Assembly (NCBI RefSeq): GCF_009834535.1
Contig: NC_045697.1
Span: forward strand, 27,964,001 to 28,028,000
DNA: 64,000 bases
Reading direction: 5' to 3'
DNA from: Camelus ferus
Lineage: Eukaryota
Part shown: positions 21,856-35,899 of the stretch, piece by piece
Layout: every line of letters starts with the position of its first letter
Position numbering within the stretch: the first letter of the stretch is position 1
Program-made: the position numbers and the translations under genes
The notes under the pieces: generated by a model
Seen by the model: only the letters and a program-made list of their open reading frames with translations
Database searches by the model: none
Told to the model about the DNA's origin: nothing

Positions 21856-24326
21856 GACAAAGACTTTCAGTTTTAAAAGTTAACTACGTGCCTATAGTCT
21901 CTTTTCATTAGACTCAGAGAATCCTTTATTGTTTTTCAAAGAACAGTCCTTTTATACCCTCAAAATGTTATACTTATCAGTTTGATCATCTAAAATTGTA
22001 CAAAGGGAGCTACTCCCAGAAACTACAAGATGTTCTCAAGAGCCTACACCAGTATTCAATTTGGCACTATGCCCAGTCATAGGCTGCCACCAGCGACCCA
22101 TCATGGGAGAAGGTCTAAAGAATTCATTTCTCTCCTTCTCCATGGACTAATCTCATTTCTTTTCTGAAAACCTGATACATGGAGAATGTCAGCTGTGTTA
22201 CTGGAAAACATTACTTATGATAAAAATGACCACTGAACAGTAAATAGCATCCAGGCTGAAAGGACTGTGTATGAACTATAAACACCAAGTAGAAATTGAA
22301 CTCTATTCCCCGTCCTGTATCTTTGTGAGTAAACTGGGGCCAAGTGTGGCCTGTTAGGGCTTGTGTGTCTGAACGCTGAGATGAGCCTGAGAGGTCCTCC
22401 TGGTGGGCACTCCTGGTGCCAGCAGTGGGCTAGACTTTCAGATCCTCAGCTCAATTTGGCCAAGTCAACATGAGATGAAAAGGATGGGGAGGAAGGTGGC
22501 TGACAAGTCCTCGAGGCCCAGTTGGAAGGCCTATTCACCTGTAGCTTGCTGGCTAAATTTCTATGGCATATGGCGGGATCAGTCCTTTTGTGAGGACAAA
22601 TGAGGATAGGAATGAGGCCAGGTTTGTGCTACAGGAAGAACTATCTAGAATCTTTTCCTCCATGAACTGACCTCACCTAAGCCAACTGTAGCTGGGTTGG
22701 CAGAGATGATACTACCATTCATGGAGCCATTTGAGAAGATATGATTAATAATAAGCCAAACTAGCCCGGTCATCAGGGGGATGCACTAGCCCACAGACCC
22801 CATGCTTGTGATTGAGACAAAGGGGTGGGACAAAAATTGTGCAAAAGGTCAAGCAAGAAGCCAGTCCCAGAAACTCAGACATACACTCATGAGTCTACAC
22901 CACCCTGGCTCTGATCTGAAGAGAAAAACATCTATGATCCCCAACAGGGAATAAAACCTGGCAAGGACAGACAAGCCTCCATGCCCCCTAACCCCCACAG
23001 CAGCATCCTGAGAGCAGCAATGGCAGCTGTGCGGGCCACAGGGCAGCCTCCCGCGCCTACGCTGGGGAGCCCACAACCACACCAGCCTGGAGCCACCTAC
23101 AGGTAGACGTTAGAAGTGCTCTTACAGACTGGAGAGGGGCAGTTGAGATAATGCATATACTGCTCTTTCCAGTCCCAGGAGATTTTTTTTAGTCACAGGA
23201 TCTCATTTTTTGACACAACTCCCATAAAAATGTACATGTGTTTCTCCATCTCACATTAGACCCATAGCAACAAATTCAGAGAGGCAGAGTTTGGCACTTG
23301 ATAATCTGAAATCATTAAGTTCCTACAGTTGACACATTGATAAAATAGAAGATACAGAAACAGTAAAAGAGTACATCGAAGAAGTCAGAAGACACGCTAG
23401 GACAAAGCTGCTGTATGTAAGGGAGAACAGAAAGTCTCACTGTACTACAACGGATTACGGACATTGCCTCTATTGACAATGATGCTGAGTGAATGAGAAA
23501 AGATTACCTGGCTGAGGCGGGGAGGCAGGTGCACCAGCCCACAGACCCAGTATTTGCTACTGGGACAGAGGCAATAGTTGCGAGGCTTGCTCAAACCCAT
23601 GCAGGATCTGATCTGCATACACACAAAAAAGCATCTAGGTGCCCCTCAGGGGACAAAAGCAGACAACATTTCTTAAGTAGGGCCTTGTGTAGCAGGAATA
23701 ATTGAGAACAGATTTTGACTGCTTCTTCTTGTTCGGTTTTATTAATAAAAGAACCCAAAGCTCATCACTTGAGGGCATACTGCAAATAGCAAAATAGATG
23801 AGTAGAGTTTAAATTAGTCATTCTTTGGACAAGTAATAACTCTTCGGAATTGGGGGAATTTCATTACAAAATAGCATATAGTAGTAAAAAGTCCCTCCCT
23901 GCTCCTCCAACACAGCATCTCAAGCCAACTGCCCACCCAAACACCCAAGAAAACACAGAAACTCTCAAAAACTCACCTTGCCACCCAAAACAAAGGATGG
24001 AAAATTAATGGCAGGATCTAAAAGCATCTACACTCATGAAAAAGTGTGTGGAGCTGTATTAAGGAAAACCTGCATACTCAAGTTTTGTTTCAGGAAAATA
24101 GACTCCTTATACAAGAATCGTGTCCCTCTCTCTGTTTGTCTCTGAGTCAAACACCAAAGATGAGTAACAACCAGGTAATTAAGTAGCATTTCTTTTACCC
24201 CAATGCTATTGATGTGAGTGGGTCAGAATACTCAGTTTTCCTTCTACAGACCATCACCCTCTAGTTCTCCAAGATTTCTACACCTAGTTAGTGATGGACA
24301 TTATCATGTGAGAACTGGGCAAGAAG

Positions 24327-27300
24327 CACTCTCACCACTCCTATTTAACATAATATTGAAAGTTCTAACCAGAGGAATTATGCAAGAAAAAGAAATAAAA
24401 GGCATCCCAATTGGAAAGGAAGAAGTAAAATTATCTCTGTTTGCAGATGATCTGATTTTATATGCAGAGAATCCTAAAGCTTCCACCAAAAAACTGTTAG
24501 AACTAATAAACAAATTCAGTAAGTTACAGGACCCAAAACTAACATACAAAATCAATTGTGTTTCTATGCACTAACAACAAACTATATGAAAAAGAAATAA
24601 AGAAGATAATCCCACTTACAAATGCATCAGAAAGAATAAAATACCTAAGAATAAATTTAACCAAGGAGGTGAAAAACCTGTACACTGAAAACTATGAGGC
24701 ATTGATGAAAGAAATTGAAGAAGACACAACTAAATGTAATGATATGCCATGTTCATTGATCAGAAGGCTTAAAGTTGTTAAGATGTCCATACTACCCAAA
24801 GCCATCTATAGATTTAATGCAATCCCTATCAAATTCCAATGGCATTTTCCAAAGAAATGAAAAATAATCCTAAAATTCATATGGAACCACAAAAGACCCT
24901 GCATAGCCAAAACAATCCTGAGACAGAGCAAAGCTGGAGGCATCACACTTCCTGATTTCAAATATTACAAAGCTGTAGTAATTAAAATAGTGTTGTAATG
25001 GCATAAAAACAGACAATCCACATTAATGGAAAAAATCAAGAACTGAGAAATAAGCCCAAACATATATGATCAACTAATATTTGACAAGAGAATCAAGAAT
25101 ACTCAATGGGGTGATGGTTGTCTTTTCAATAAATTGTGTTGGGGAAAGTGGATATGCACCTGCAAAAGAATGAAATTAGACTCCTAATTTACCCTACTCA
25201 CAAAAATTTACAATGGATGAAAACCTTAACTAAAAGACCTGAAACCATAAAAATCCTATAAAAAAACATAGGAGAAAATTCCTCAACATTGGTCTTGGAA
25301 ATGATTTTTTTGGATCTGGCACCAAAAACATAAGCAACAAACGCAAAAATAAACAAGCAGGGCTTATCAAACTTCAAGTCTTCTGCACAGAAACAGAAAC
25401 AATCAAAAAATGAACTGGACAGCAGCATTTAAAACAATGAAGCTAGAACACTCCCTTACACCATATACAAAAATCAACTCAAAATGGATCAAAGACTTAA
25501 ACATAAGACAAGATACAATAAACCTCCCAGAGGAAAACACAGGCAAAACATTATCTGACATACATTTCAAAAATTTTCTCCTAGTAGAAATAAAAGCAAG
25601 AATAAACAAATGGGACCTAATGAAACTTATAAGCTTCTGCACAGCAAAGGAAACCATAAGTAAAACAAGAAGACAACCTACAGAATGAGAGAAAATTTTT
25701 GCAGATGAAACCGACAAAGGCTTGATCTCCAGAATATATAAGCAGCTCATACGACTCAATAAGAAAAAAATAAAACAACCCAATCCAAAAATGGGCAGAA
25801 GACCTAAACAAGCAGTTCTCTAAGGAAGACATACAAATGATCAAAAGGCACATGAAAAAATGCTCAATATCACTAATTATCAGAGAAATGCAAATCAAAA
25901 CTACAGTGAGGTATCACCTTACACCAGTCAGAATGGCCGTCATTCAAAATCCACAAATGACAAATGCTGGAGAGGCTGTAGAGAAAGGGCAACCCTCCTA
26001 CACTGCTGGTGGGAATGCAGTTTGGTGCAGCCACTATGGAAAACAGTGTGGAGATTCCTCAAAAGACTAGGAATAGACTTACCGTATGACCCAGGAATCC
26101 CACTCCTGGGCTTGTATCCAGAAGGAACCTTACTTCAGGATGACACCTGCACCCCAATGTTCATAGCAGCACTATTCACAATAGCCAAAACATGGAAACA
26201 GCCTAAATGTCCATCAACAGGTGACTGGATAAAGAAGATGTGGTATATTTATACAATGGAATACTACTCAGCCATAAAAACCGACAACATAATGTCATTT
26301 GCAGCAACATGGATGCTCCTGGAGAATGTCATTCTAAGTGAAGTAAGCCAGAAAGAGAAAGAAAAATACCATATAAGACCGCTCATATGTGGAATCTAAA
26401 AAACAAACAAACACAAACAAACAAAAACAAAGTGTAAATATAGGACAGAAATAGACTCATAGACAGAGAATACAGACTTGTGGTTGCCAGGGGGGCGGAG
26501 GGTGGGAAGGGATAGACTGGGATTTCAAAATTGTAGAATAGATAAACAAGATTATACTGTATAGCACAGGGAAATATACTCAAAACGTTATGGTAGCTCA
26601 CAGAGAAAAAAATGTGACAATGAGTGTGTATATGTCCATGTATGACTGAAAAATTGTGCTGAACACTGGAATTTGACACAACATTGTAAAATGATTATAA
26701 ATCAATAAAAAATGTTAAAAACAAACAAACAAACAAACAAACAAAAAATGAAAAGCCAACATACAGAATAGGAGAAAATCCAAAATATGTAAGGAACTCA
26801 TACAACTCAATAACGAAAGCAAAACAAAACAAAAAGTCCCAAATTATATTATTTTAAAATAGGCAGAATGAAATAGAGATTTTTCCAAAGACATAGAGAT
26901 AGCCAACAGGTATATGAAAAGATGCTCAACATCACTAATTACCAAGTAAATGCAAATCAAAATCACAGTGAGGTATCACCACACAACTGTTAGAATGGCT
27001 GTTATCAAAAAGACAAGAAAAAACAAATGTTGACAAGGATGTAGAGAAAAGGGAATCTTTGTGCACTGCTGGTGGGAATGGAAATTGGTGCAACCACTAT
27101 GGAAAACAGTAGAGGTCTCTCAAACAGTTCAAAACAGAACTACCATATGATCTAACAATCCCAATTCTGGGTATGTATCTGAAGGAGATTAAATAACTGT
27201 CTTGAAGATAATGCACACCCATGTTCATTGCAGCATTATTCCCAATAGCCAAGACATGGAAACAACTAAGTGTCCATCATTGGGTGAATGGGTAAAGAAA

Positions 27301-27824
27301 ATGTGGTGCAGATATACAGTGGAATATTATTCAGCTATAAAAAGAAGGAAATACTGCCATTTGTGACAATATGAATGGATCTTAAGGGCATTATGCTAAG
27401 TGAAAGTAAATCAGACAGAGAAAGACAAACACTGTATGATCTCACTTGTATGTGGAATCTAAAAAAGTCAAACTCATAGAACAAAGAGTAGAAAGGTGGT
27501 TGCCAGGGGCCAGGGAATAGGGGAAATGGGAGGATGTTGGTCAAAGGGTACAAACTTCTAGATGTTCTGGGGATCTAATGTACAGCCTGGTGCCTATAGT
27601 TAACAATACTGTATAATATACTTGAAAGTTGCTTAAAAAAAAAAAAGTAGATCATAAATATTATCAACACACACAAAGGTAATTATGTGAGGTGATGGGT
27701 ATGAATAACTAACCTTATCATGTTAATCATTTTGCAATATATGTGTGTATCCAATTGTCACTTTGACCTTGAACTTACACAATGTTGTATGCCAATTATA
27801 TCTCAATAAAACTAGAAAATAAAA
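24327..27824 (+). mobile_element. 5'-truncated L1 (RT to 3'UTR) with a nested younger L1
   Basis: [21 protein letters not shown] motifs; perfect 16-bp TSD AGAACTGGGCAAGAAG at 24311-24326 and 27825-27840. Confidence 0.92.
25415..26741 (+). mobile_element. Younger L1 3' fragment nested in the older L1
   Basis: ORF2 C-terminus LLHCWWEC...ICGI*, (CAAA)n tail, TSD CAAAAAATGAA at 25404-25414 and 26742-26752. Confidence 0.85.
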
Positions 27825-28639
27825 AGAACTGGGCAAGAAGTAAGGAGGAACTTAAGGGGGCACACTGCATTCTGAGTGATGTAAACCATATAGCAATACT
27901 TGTAATGGGGCAGAGATAAAAACATCACAAGTGTATTTATCAGGAATTTCAGTTTGTATATATAATACCCCATTAGGTCACAGTATCAGAGAATTGGGTA
28001 ATGAGAATAAGAGAAGCTACTATTTCATACCAGTTAAAACAAATAGCTCACAGTGAAAATACAACAGATAAGAACACATATACAATCAATAACTGTGCAT
28101 CAAAATTTACAAAGTAAAAGCGTTGAAAATACAAGGAGACATTGATAGTAAAATTATTTAGTCTATTTCTCTGGGTAATAGTTAGATCATGTAGCAAAAA
28201 ATCAACATATATGGAGAATTTGAATAAAATAATAAAGGATCTAATAGAGACAGAAACTTTGATCCTACCAAGAGAATATTGTGTAGCTAAGTACCCAGGG
28301 TTCATGGAACATTTACTAAATTTGATTGTTTCTTATGTCAAATAAATTTTGAAATAAATACCCCAAAGCAGAAATTGTTAAAGTCATATTTCTGACTACA
28401 AAATAAACTTCTAAAATCGCTTTTTAAATGTTCTAAATATGTTCTGGTTACAAAAGCCACATTTTCAATTATAAGCATTAAAAATTGGAAGTCAACAGGG
28501 TGATGTGCACATGCTTCAGCCTCCTCCTCTTGCCCTAAATCTCCAAAATGATGAAACACACACACTTCAAAGCTGGAAGGGAAGTCTTTAGGGGAACTGA
28601 AGCCAAGAGAAGTCTCTGAGAACCACAAACAGACTGGGC

Positions 28640-29120
28640 TACAATAGACAGAACACTAGCCTCCCAGAGATGTCCACTTCCTAAACCCAGAACTTGTAAA
28701 TATGCTGTTACATGGAAAAAAGGAATTAAAGTTGTAGATAGAATTAATGTTGGTCATCAGCTGACCTTAAAATTTACTCAAGTGAGCCCAATATAATCAA
28801 AAGTGTCCTTAAAAGTGGAAGAGGGAGGCAGAAGAGGCCAGAGTGATGTGATGTGAGAAAGACTTTACATTCCTTAAGGAAGGGGGCCATGAGGCAAGGA
28901 ATGCAGGCAGTCTGTAGAAACCTTTAGAAGCTCAAAAAGGCAAGTCAGTAGATTCTCCCCGAGAGCCTCCAAAAGCAATACAGCCTTGCTAACATCTTTA
29001 CTTAAACCCAACAAGACCTATGATGGACTACTAGCCTACAGAACTGTAAGATGATAAAGTGTGTTTTTTAAGCCACTAAGTTGTGGTAATTTGTTACAGC
29101 AGCAATAGAAAATTAATACA
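28640..29120 (+). mobile_element. MaLR MLT1-type solo LTR
   Basis: AGATGTCCAC...GATTCTCCCCGAGAGCCTCC...TAAGCCACTAAGTTGTGGTAATTTGTTACAGCAGCAATAGAAAATTAATACA. Confidence 0.8.
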
Positions 29121-32100
29121 GACTAGTTGGTCCACCCTTCCAACAAGCAGGCTGTGAAAAGAGATCAGCAAGCAGTTTTACACAAAGCCTCAATCAACCA
29201 CAAGTTGGGTTGAACCACCAAGAAGCATGACACGTTTACAAAGCAAACACTGTGACAGAAAGGATCCAAATTCAAGATACGAGAGGCATTCACACCCAGG
29301 GAGGCATTTATAATAGACAGAAATGCTCGGAGAGGTATGATTCTAAAAAAGAATGGAGTAGGAATCATGCAAATTAAAAACTTAATAATTCAAGTGGAAA
29401 ACTCATTGGCTGAGTTGAATCACAGAGTAGCAATGCCGACATGAGAAGTTGAGACAGAAGTCCAAGAAAAGAAATTGTCTCAAAACACAGTCCAAGAGGC
29501 TAAAGAGATGACATATATGAATGAAATGCTAAAAGACATGGAAGACAGACCCACTAATTACTAAAGGATAGACGCTATCGTCTGAAAAAGAAACTCACTC
29601 CAAAAAAATTAGGACTCAAGAGGGAATACTTTGTAAAGAAAATTTATTGTTAAATCCCAATAAGTATTGATGACAAAAATTTTAATAACAATCTGGAATT
29701 GAAATTGCCAGTGATAACAAGGGTGTTAGTAGACAGAAGTGGAAGGAGAGGGAGAGATTGGACCAAAAGCATGTTAAGATACTCACCTGATTGAGGGGAA
29801 GCTATAGATACCAATTAACTCAAGATTCTGTTAGAAGAATATAAATTTAAATATGTATATTATAAAATTAAGAGTAAATATTAGAAAATAAAAGAGATAA
29901 ATTCCAATTATTTGGTAGTGGGGAGAAGCTCAGAATGAAGAAACCCAAATCAGTGTAGCTTTATGTTGAAGGAATGGTACACAATAATTAATTTGGATGT
30001 TTCTGGGATTGTAAGAGTGGTGTATTGTCAGCAAATCTATGACAATAACACAGCAATAGATAAAAGGAGAAAAATAGATGAGCATCTCCATAGATGTTAA
30101 AAATTCACTTGATAAAATTCAGCATTCATCTTTAATCAAAAATACATTAATTAAAGTTGATATTTAAAAGATACTTTAAAAGCTTGATAAATAATATATC
30201 AAATATCTACCTTAAATCAATGTCCCACCTTCAAAGCATTTCTGTTAAAGTCAATGTCAAGGATGCCTACTGTTATTTAACATTATTTTAGAATTTCTAG
30301 CCATTGTAATTAAGGGGGTGAAATGAGAGATAGAAATATTGGAAAGGAGGAAATAAAATTATCATTATTTTTAGATATGACTGTCAATGTGGAAAATCCA
30401 AGAGAAGTAACTGAAAAACTGTTAGAACCAGTAAAGGAGTGTAATAAAAGACGTAGTATAAAATAAATTTTTTAAAAAGAAATCTGATTATTCAAAAAAA
30501 GCAAGTTGTCAAATAAATTACAGTGTCTCCATATAATTAAATATTACTGAGTGGCCTTTAAAAAGAATAAAAGTCTAATCCCATGGAACATTGCTTACTA
30601 TCTCTATGTGACAAAAAGTTTTTTTTTTTAAAAAAATGTACAACAGTTAATACATACACATGCATGTGGAAAAATTAGTAAAATACATACCAAGATATTA
30701 ATGGATTATCTCTGTGGTAAAATTATAAAAGGTTTTATTTTCCTCTTAGCTGTTTCCTGTATTTTTCAACTTGTCAACATTTAAAATTAAGTAGAACACA
30801 TTACTTGATCAGAAAATTTACCCCCCCAAGATCAATAGATAATATCAACAATGTCCAATCTCACAAAAAATAAAAATGCATATTAAAGCAAAGTAGGATA
30901 TAGCATCTAAATGAAATTATGATGTTGGATTGGGTCTCAGTTTAGACAGAGCTGCTGTAAAAGTTAACAAGGGAGAAAGGATTTTAAGATGGACCAGGTA
31001 TTAGATTCTATTAAGAAATAAATGTTAATTTTTGATAATGTTATTTGGCTATGCAGGAAAAGGTACTTTTTTAGGAGATAAACAACGAAGCATTTAGAGA
31101 TGAAACATTAGAATGCCTATAATTTAAGATATTTAAGCATAAGAAGATAAAGTGAATCAAATGGGAATTTTTGCTTCTTACATATTTTTAAAAAGACATG
31201 ATTATTTGCAGCTGCCAAATTGGGAAAGTTCAAAAATATAATACCCAGTGTTGGCAGATGGGACTAAAACAAGAATTCTCATTTACTACTGGCAGGAAAG
31301 AAAAATTAGTAGACCCCTTCTGAAGGGCAATTTGGTCACGTATATAAATTCCTTAAACGTATGCTTACCCTTGTTTTAACAATTCCACTTCTCAGAATTT
31401 TCTTCTAAAGAAATACACATAAAAATATTACTGTGAGGATGCTCATGACATGATGGAAAACCGAAAAAAATCATGACTAGTATAGAAAATAGATTAATTA
31501 ATTACAGTACACCCATCAAATGGAGTAACATGCAGCCTCAAATGTTTTAAAGAAAAGTCTACAATATAACGTGCAGTGAATAAAAGAATACAAAATTGTG
31601 TATGTAGTAGGACTTTAATTTTGTAAAATGTGGTTCAAACCTGAAAAATACACAAAGCCTGGGGGGGAAATGGGAAGAAATGTACTAAATGTTAATAGTG
31701 GTTATCTCTGCATCTCTAAATCACAGATTAATTTTATTTCTCATACTTTTGTATATTTTCAAAATTTCTAATTGTGAGCATCTCTTACAAGTTGAAAGAC
31801 TTATCTTAAAATATAGCTGATATAAAAATATTTTATATTTAAATAAACACACCTATATTATTTTATACATATATATACAAATAACATATAGACAGAGAGA
31901 GAGACAGAGCAAGAGAGAACTTTCATATGATACTAGATAATTGACATTCATGAAAGAGAACCCATTCAGAGGTCTCTCCATGGCGTCTGTGTTCAGGGGA
32001 CTGAAACTTAGCCACTATATAGGAAAGTTGATCAGTTCCCTTTTATCACCCAGTTCCCAAAACACAAGTATTCCTCCTCAGTCATTTATACCCTAAAGTC

Positions 32101-33029
32101 TTTCCTAGTGTATACACTAAAGCTAGGAACTTCTACACCTAAGGGGGAAAAGAAAAGGAGAGAAATAAAGGGAGAAGAGAGCAGATCAGAGAGTTCACAA
32201 CTTCTTTTTTAAAGGAAGTGAGAAGGGATAAAAGCTAAAAGTTCCTTTTTTTCTTTAATGCATCAAATGAAAAGGGGGAGAAAAAAGACAGATGGAAGAA
32301 GCTCTATATCAAGGGGGGAAAAAGCAATGGTAGATAGGCTCTGCAAAAACTAAAACTACAAAAAAAGGAAAGACTAGAAAAACATTGTGTCATTCCATAA
32401 TCAAATCAACAAATATGCAAGAGAAATATTGTATTATTAGTCAAAGTTTAGGTGAGAAAGTTGAGTAAGGCAAGTTCTCGGCCAGTCCCTGCCACTTCTT
32501 CCATTGAATAAATGTTTATTCAAAGTGTACTGTGCGCCAGCACCGTGTTAGACGTTAAGTGCTGGGGATATAAAGACAACTAGTCCGGGCACAATCCCTG
32601 CTTTCAAAAGCTTTTACATTAGTGATAGACACAAAGAAACAATGACAGCGATCAAACACTCCTGTCTAATATAAAAATACATAACGTGATAGGTGCTGCA
32701 TGAGTGGCACAAACTACTGTAAACCTTACTGAACACCAGAAACTAGGTAGGGAAAGGTGAAAAGAGAAAATGCAGCAGACAAAAACAGAAGAAATAACAT
32801 CGGTTATTTTTTTCCCTTAACAATGACAAGTGCTAGTTATTTTTATACCTTTCAGGATGGTCATGTTTCTTTATCTTTCTCATATAGTTAAAAAAACGAT
32901 TGCAGCATTAAAAACAAACAAAAAAAACCTTAAAATCATCTTGCAATTACCTATTTCCTATACCATGTTAGCATTTTCTTGCTTATTAAAAGTAATTAGT
33001 CCACAATTTGAAAAAGCCATCTTACTTAC

Positions 33030-33200
33030 CACGACTTCTTTCTCAGAAGAACAGAAAATAACTTTCAAATGCTCGGAAAAAAATGTGCTTGACAAAACCG
33101 CAAGTCCTTAGTTGAAGTAAAGCAAGACCATAGAAACGGTTTTGCGCCACCTGTCGGACCTTACTGGAATTACTCCTACATGTGAATTTCCCCTTCAAGG
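33030..33200 (-). promoter_or_regulatory. TLR6: Putative TLR6 non-coding first exon and promoter
   Basis: Minus-strand donor GTG|GTAAGT (33024-33030) in non-repetitive DNA with several CpGs; CTCF motif 33144-33157; kB-like site near 33183-33192; position fits the mammalian gene layout as I recall it. Confidence 0.55.
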
Positions 33201-34704
33201 GTCATGTGCAAAGCATGTGGGTCAGTAGGTTTCCTGGGCTACGGACTAAAACAGTAATCAAATTTTTAAGTTCACATGAGCACGAGGCTTATGACAATTT
33301 CAGTGTGAAGAAAAATGTTTTTCTATGTTAATATTTATCTGTAAGAGTTTGCAGCCTCAATGTTAAGGTGTCACCACACTGGAAAGTTATTCAACTTTGC
33401 CTGTTTTCTGTTTCACCATATGTAATATATTCAAAAAAATGACAACTACCATTATCAAGCAAATATGGAGCATTATTTTAGCTGGCTGAGATATTTAAAA
33501 TAAGCCTAGGTTCAAGAACTATTTTTTTAAAAATCAACTTTCAAGGAAAATTTAGTAGTTGCTACACCTGGGGGAAATTGCATCCTGTTTCTCCACGTTC
33601 CGACCAACATTTGGCATTATTAGATGTTTTCATCTTTGATTCTAGAATAGTAAATAGCATTGAGATCCTGCAAGACTAATCAATTTTCTAAAGGCCATTT
33701 AGAATAATTTTAGAACAGTATCAACAAAGGTTGATGATACAAAAAGAGGATGTCTGGTTAACCAGATACTTCAGGCAGCCAGGATAACTGTTCCCAAGAC
33801 TTTCCCTTGACTGAGGTTCTGTAAAGAACGGGACATATGAGTTAAATAATCCTTCTATAATTAATCCCATTCTTCTGTAATTAATCCCACTGTCTGGCAT
33901 TATCTCATCATTAAAAAAACAAGACAAGACCCTACAGTCTGACCCACAACAAAGGGTAAGAATTACTCTGCTTTCAGGAGGAAGGGAAAGAATAAATTCT
34001 TACTGTTCATTCTTACTCATCAAACATAACGGGAAGCCTTCTTAGGTCTGGAGAGGGTCAGCAAGGAGTGGATGGGTCTCTGCTGAACCAGGATGAGATG
34101 GCTAGAGAGGAGCCAGTATCTGTGATACTGGGAAACCAGTTTTGTGAAACAGGCAGAGGAGTAAGGCACTGTGGCTCTGAGGGAATTTCAAGCAACAATG
34201 GACCAAAGTCTTAAGAAATATGCACCCACACTCACAGGCATGCACACACACACATCACTGCAGATTTGGTTGCATAATACAGTGACAAAATGTGAGTGTT
34301 TGGTCACAAATGCTCCTTAGGGTATTGCACAATAATGCTGGTTTTCAGGAACAAGGACACTATTGTGGTTGAGGCTGTTATAATTTTGAGAAATGCCTTT
34401 AAGGAGATGGCAAAACCCACAAAAATCAGGTAATGTGGAAGATGGCATGGCAGTGGATCAAACAAACAGTGCTGCACTGAACTCTTCACAGCACCATGTA
34501 CCAGCTGTGTGGCCTTGGACAGTCACTTAACCTCAAAGACTCCATTTATTCATCCATAAAATGGGCCTGGTTGTGACTTTTAGGGAAGATAATAAATAAA
34601 AAGTAGCTGGACTAGTGACTGACATAGAAGACAAGTCATTATAGTAAGGAGTTTTAGAATTCTATGCAAGCCTTATTTTTTTTTATGCTGAGGTGGAAAG
34701 ACTT

Positions 34705-35835
34705 TTTAATTGAAATATAGTTGATTTATAATGTGTTAGTTTCAGGTGTAGAACAAAGAGATTCAGTTTACATATATATATACACACACACACACATTAT
34801 ATATAATGTATGTATTTACACACACACATTCTTTATTAGACTCTTTTCCATTATAGGTTATTACAAGATATTGAATATAGTTCCCTGTGCTATACAGTAG
34901 GACATCATTGGCTATCTATTTTATATATAGTAGTGTGTATATGTTAATCCCATACTCCTAATTTACCCCCTGTCACTTCTCCTTTGGTAACCCCATAGTT
35001 GTTTCCTGTATCTGGTTTGTAAATAAGTTCATTTATATCATTTTTTATTTTTAGATTCCACATATAAGTGATATCATATGATATTTATATTTCTCTATCT
35101 GACTTATTTCACTTAGTATGATAATCTCCATGTCCATCCATGTAGCTACAGATGACATTATTTCATTTTTTATGGTTGAGTAGTATTCTATTATATATGT
35201 CACATATATATACCACAACTTCTTTGTCCAGTCACCCATTGATGGAAATTTAGGTTGTTTCCATGTCTTAGCTACTGTAAACAGTGCTGCTATGAACATT
35301 GGGGTGTATTATCTTTTTGAATTAGAGTTCCCTCTGGATATATGCCAAAGAGTGGTATTACTGGATCATATGGTAGGTCTATTTTTAGTTTTTTAAGGAA
35401 TCTCCATACTATTTTCCATAATGGCTGCACCAAACTGTATTCCCACCAACAGTGTAGGAGGGTTCCCTTGTCTCCACACCCTCTCCAGGATTTATTATTT
35501 GTGGACTTTTCAATGACGGTCATTCTGACCAGTGTAAGGTGATGCCTCATTGCAGTTTTGATTTTCATTTCTCCAGTAATTAGCAATATTGAGCATCTTT
35601 TCATGTGTGTGTTGGCCATCTGTATGTCTTCTTTGGAGAAACGTCTATTTAGGTCTTTTGCCCATTTTTTGATTGGGTTGTTTGGTTTTTTTTTGATGCT
35701 AAGCTATATGAGCTGTTTGTATATTTTGGAAATTAATCCCTTGTCAGTCTCATTGTTTGCAATATCTTCTCCTATTCCATATGTTGTCTTTTCATTTTGC
35801 TTATGGTTTCCTTTGCTGTAAAAAAGCTTTTAAGT
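34705..35835 (-). mobile_element. 5'-truncated L1
   Basis: ORF2 C-terminal peptides ([32 protein letters not shown]) and 3'UTR. Confidence 0.88.
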
Positions 35836-35899
35836 TTAAAAGACAATATCTTGATTTTGGACTTCTGGCCTTCAAAACTGTGAGAGAATAAATTTCTGG

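Noticed and set aside
22330..23100. Possible old LTR or unannotated exon in the TLR6 intron
   Set aside because: No definable termini, TSD or coding signal by eye
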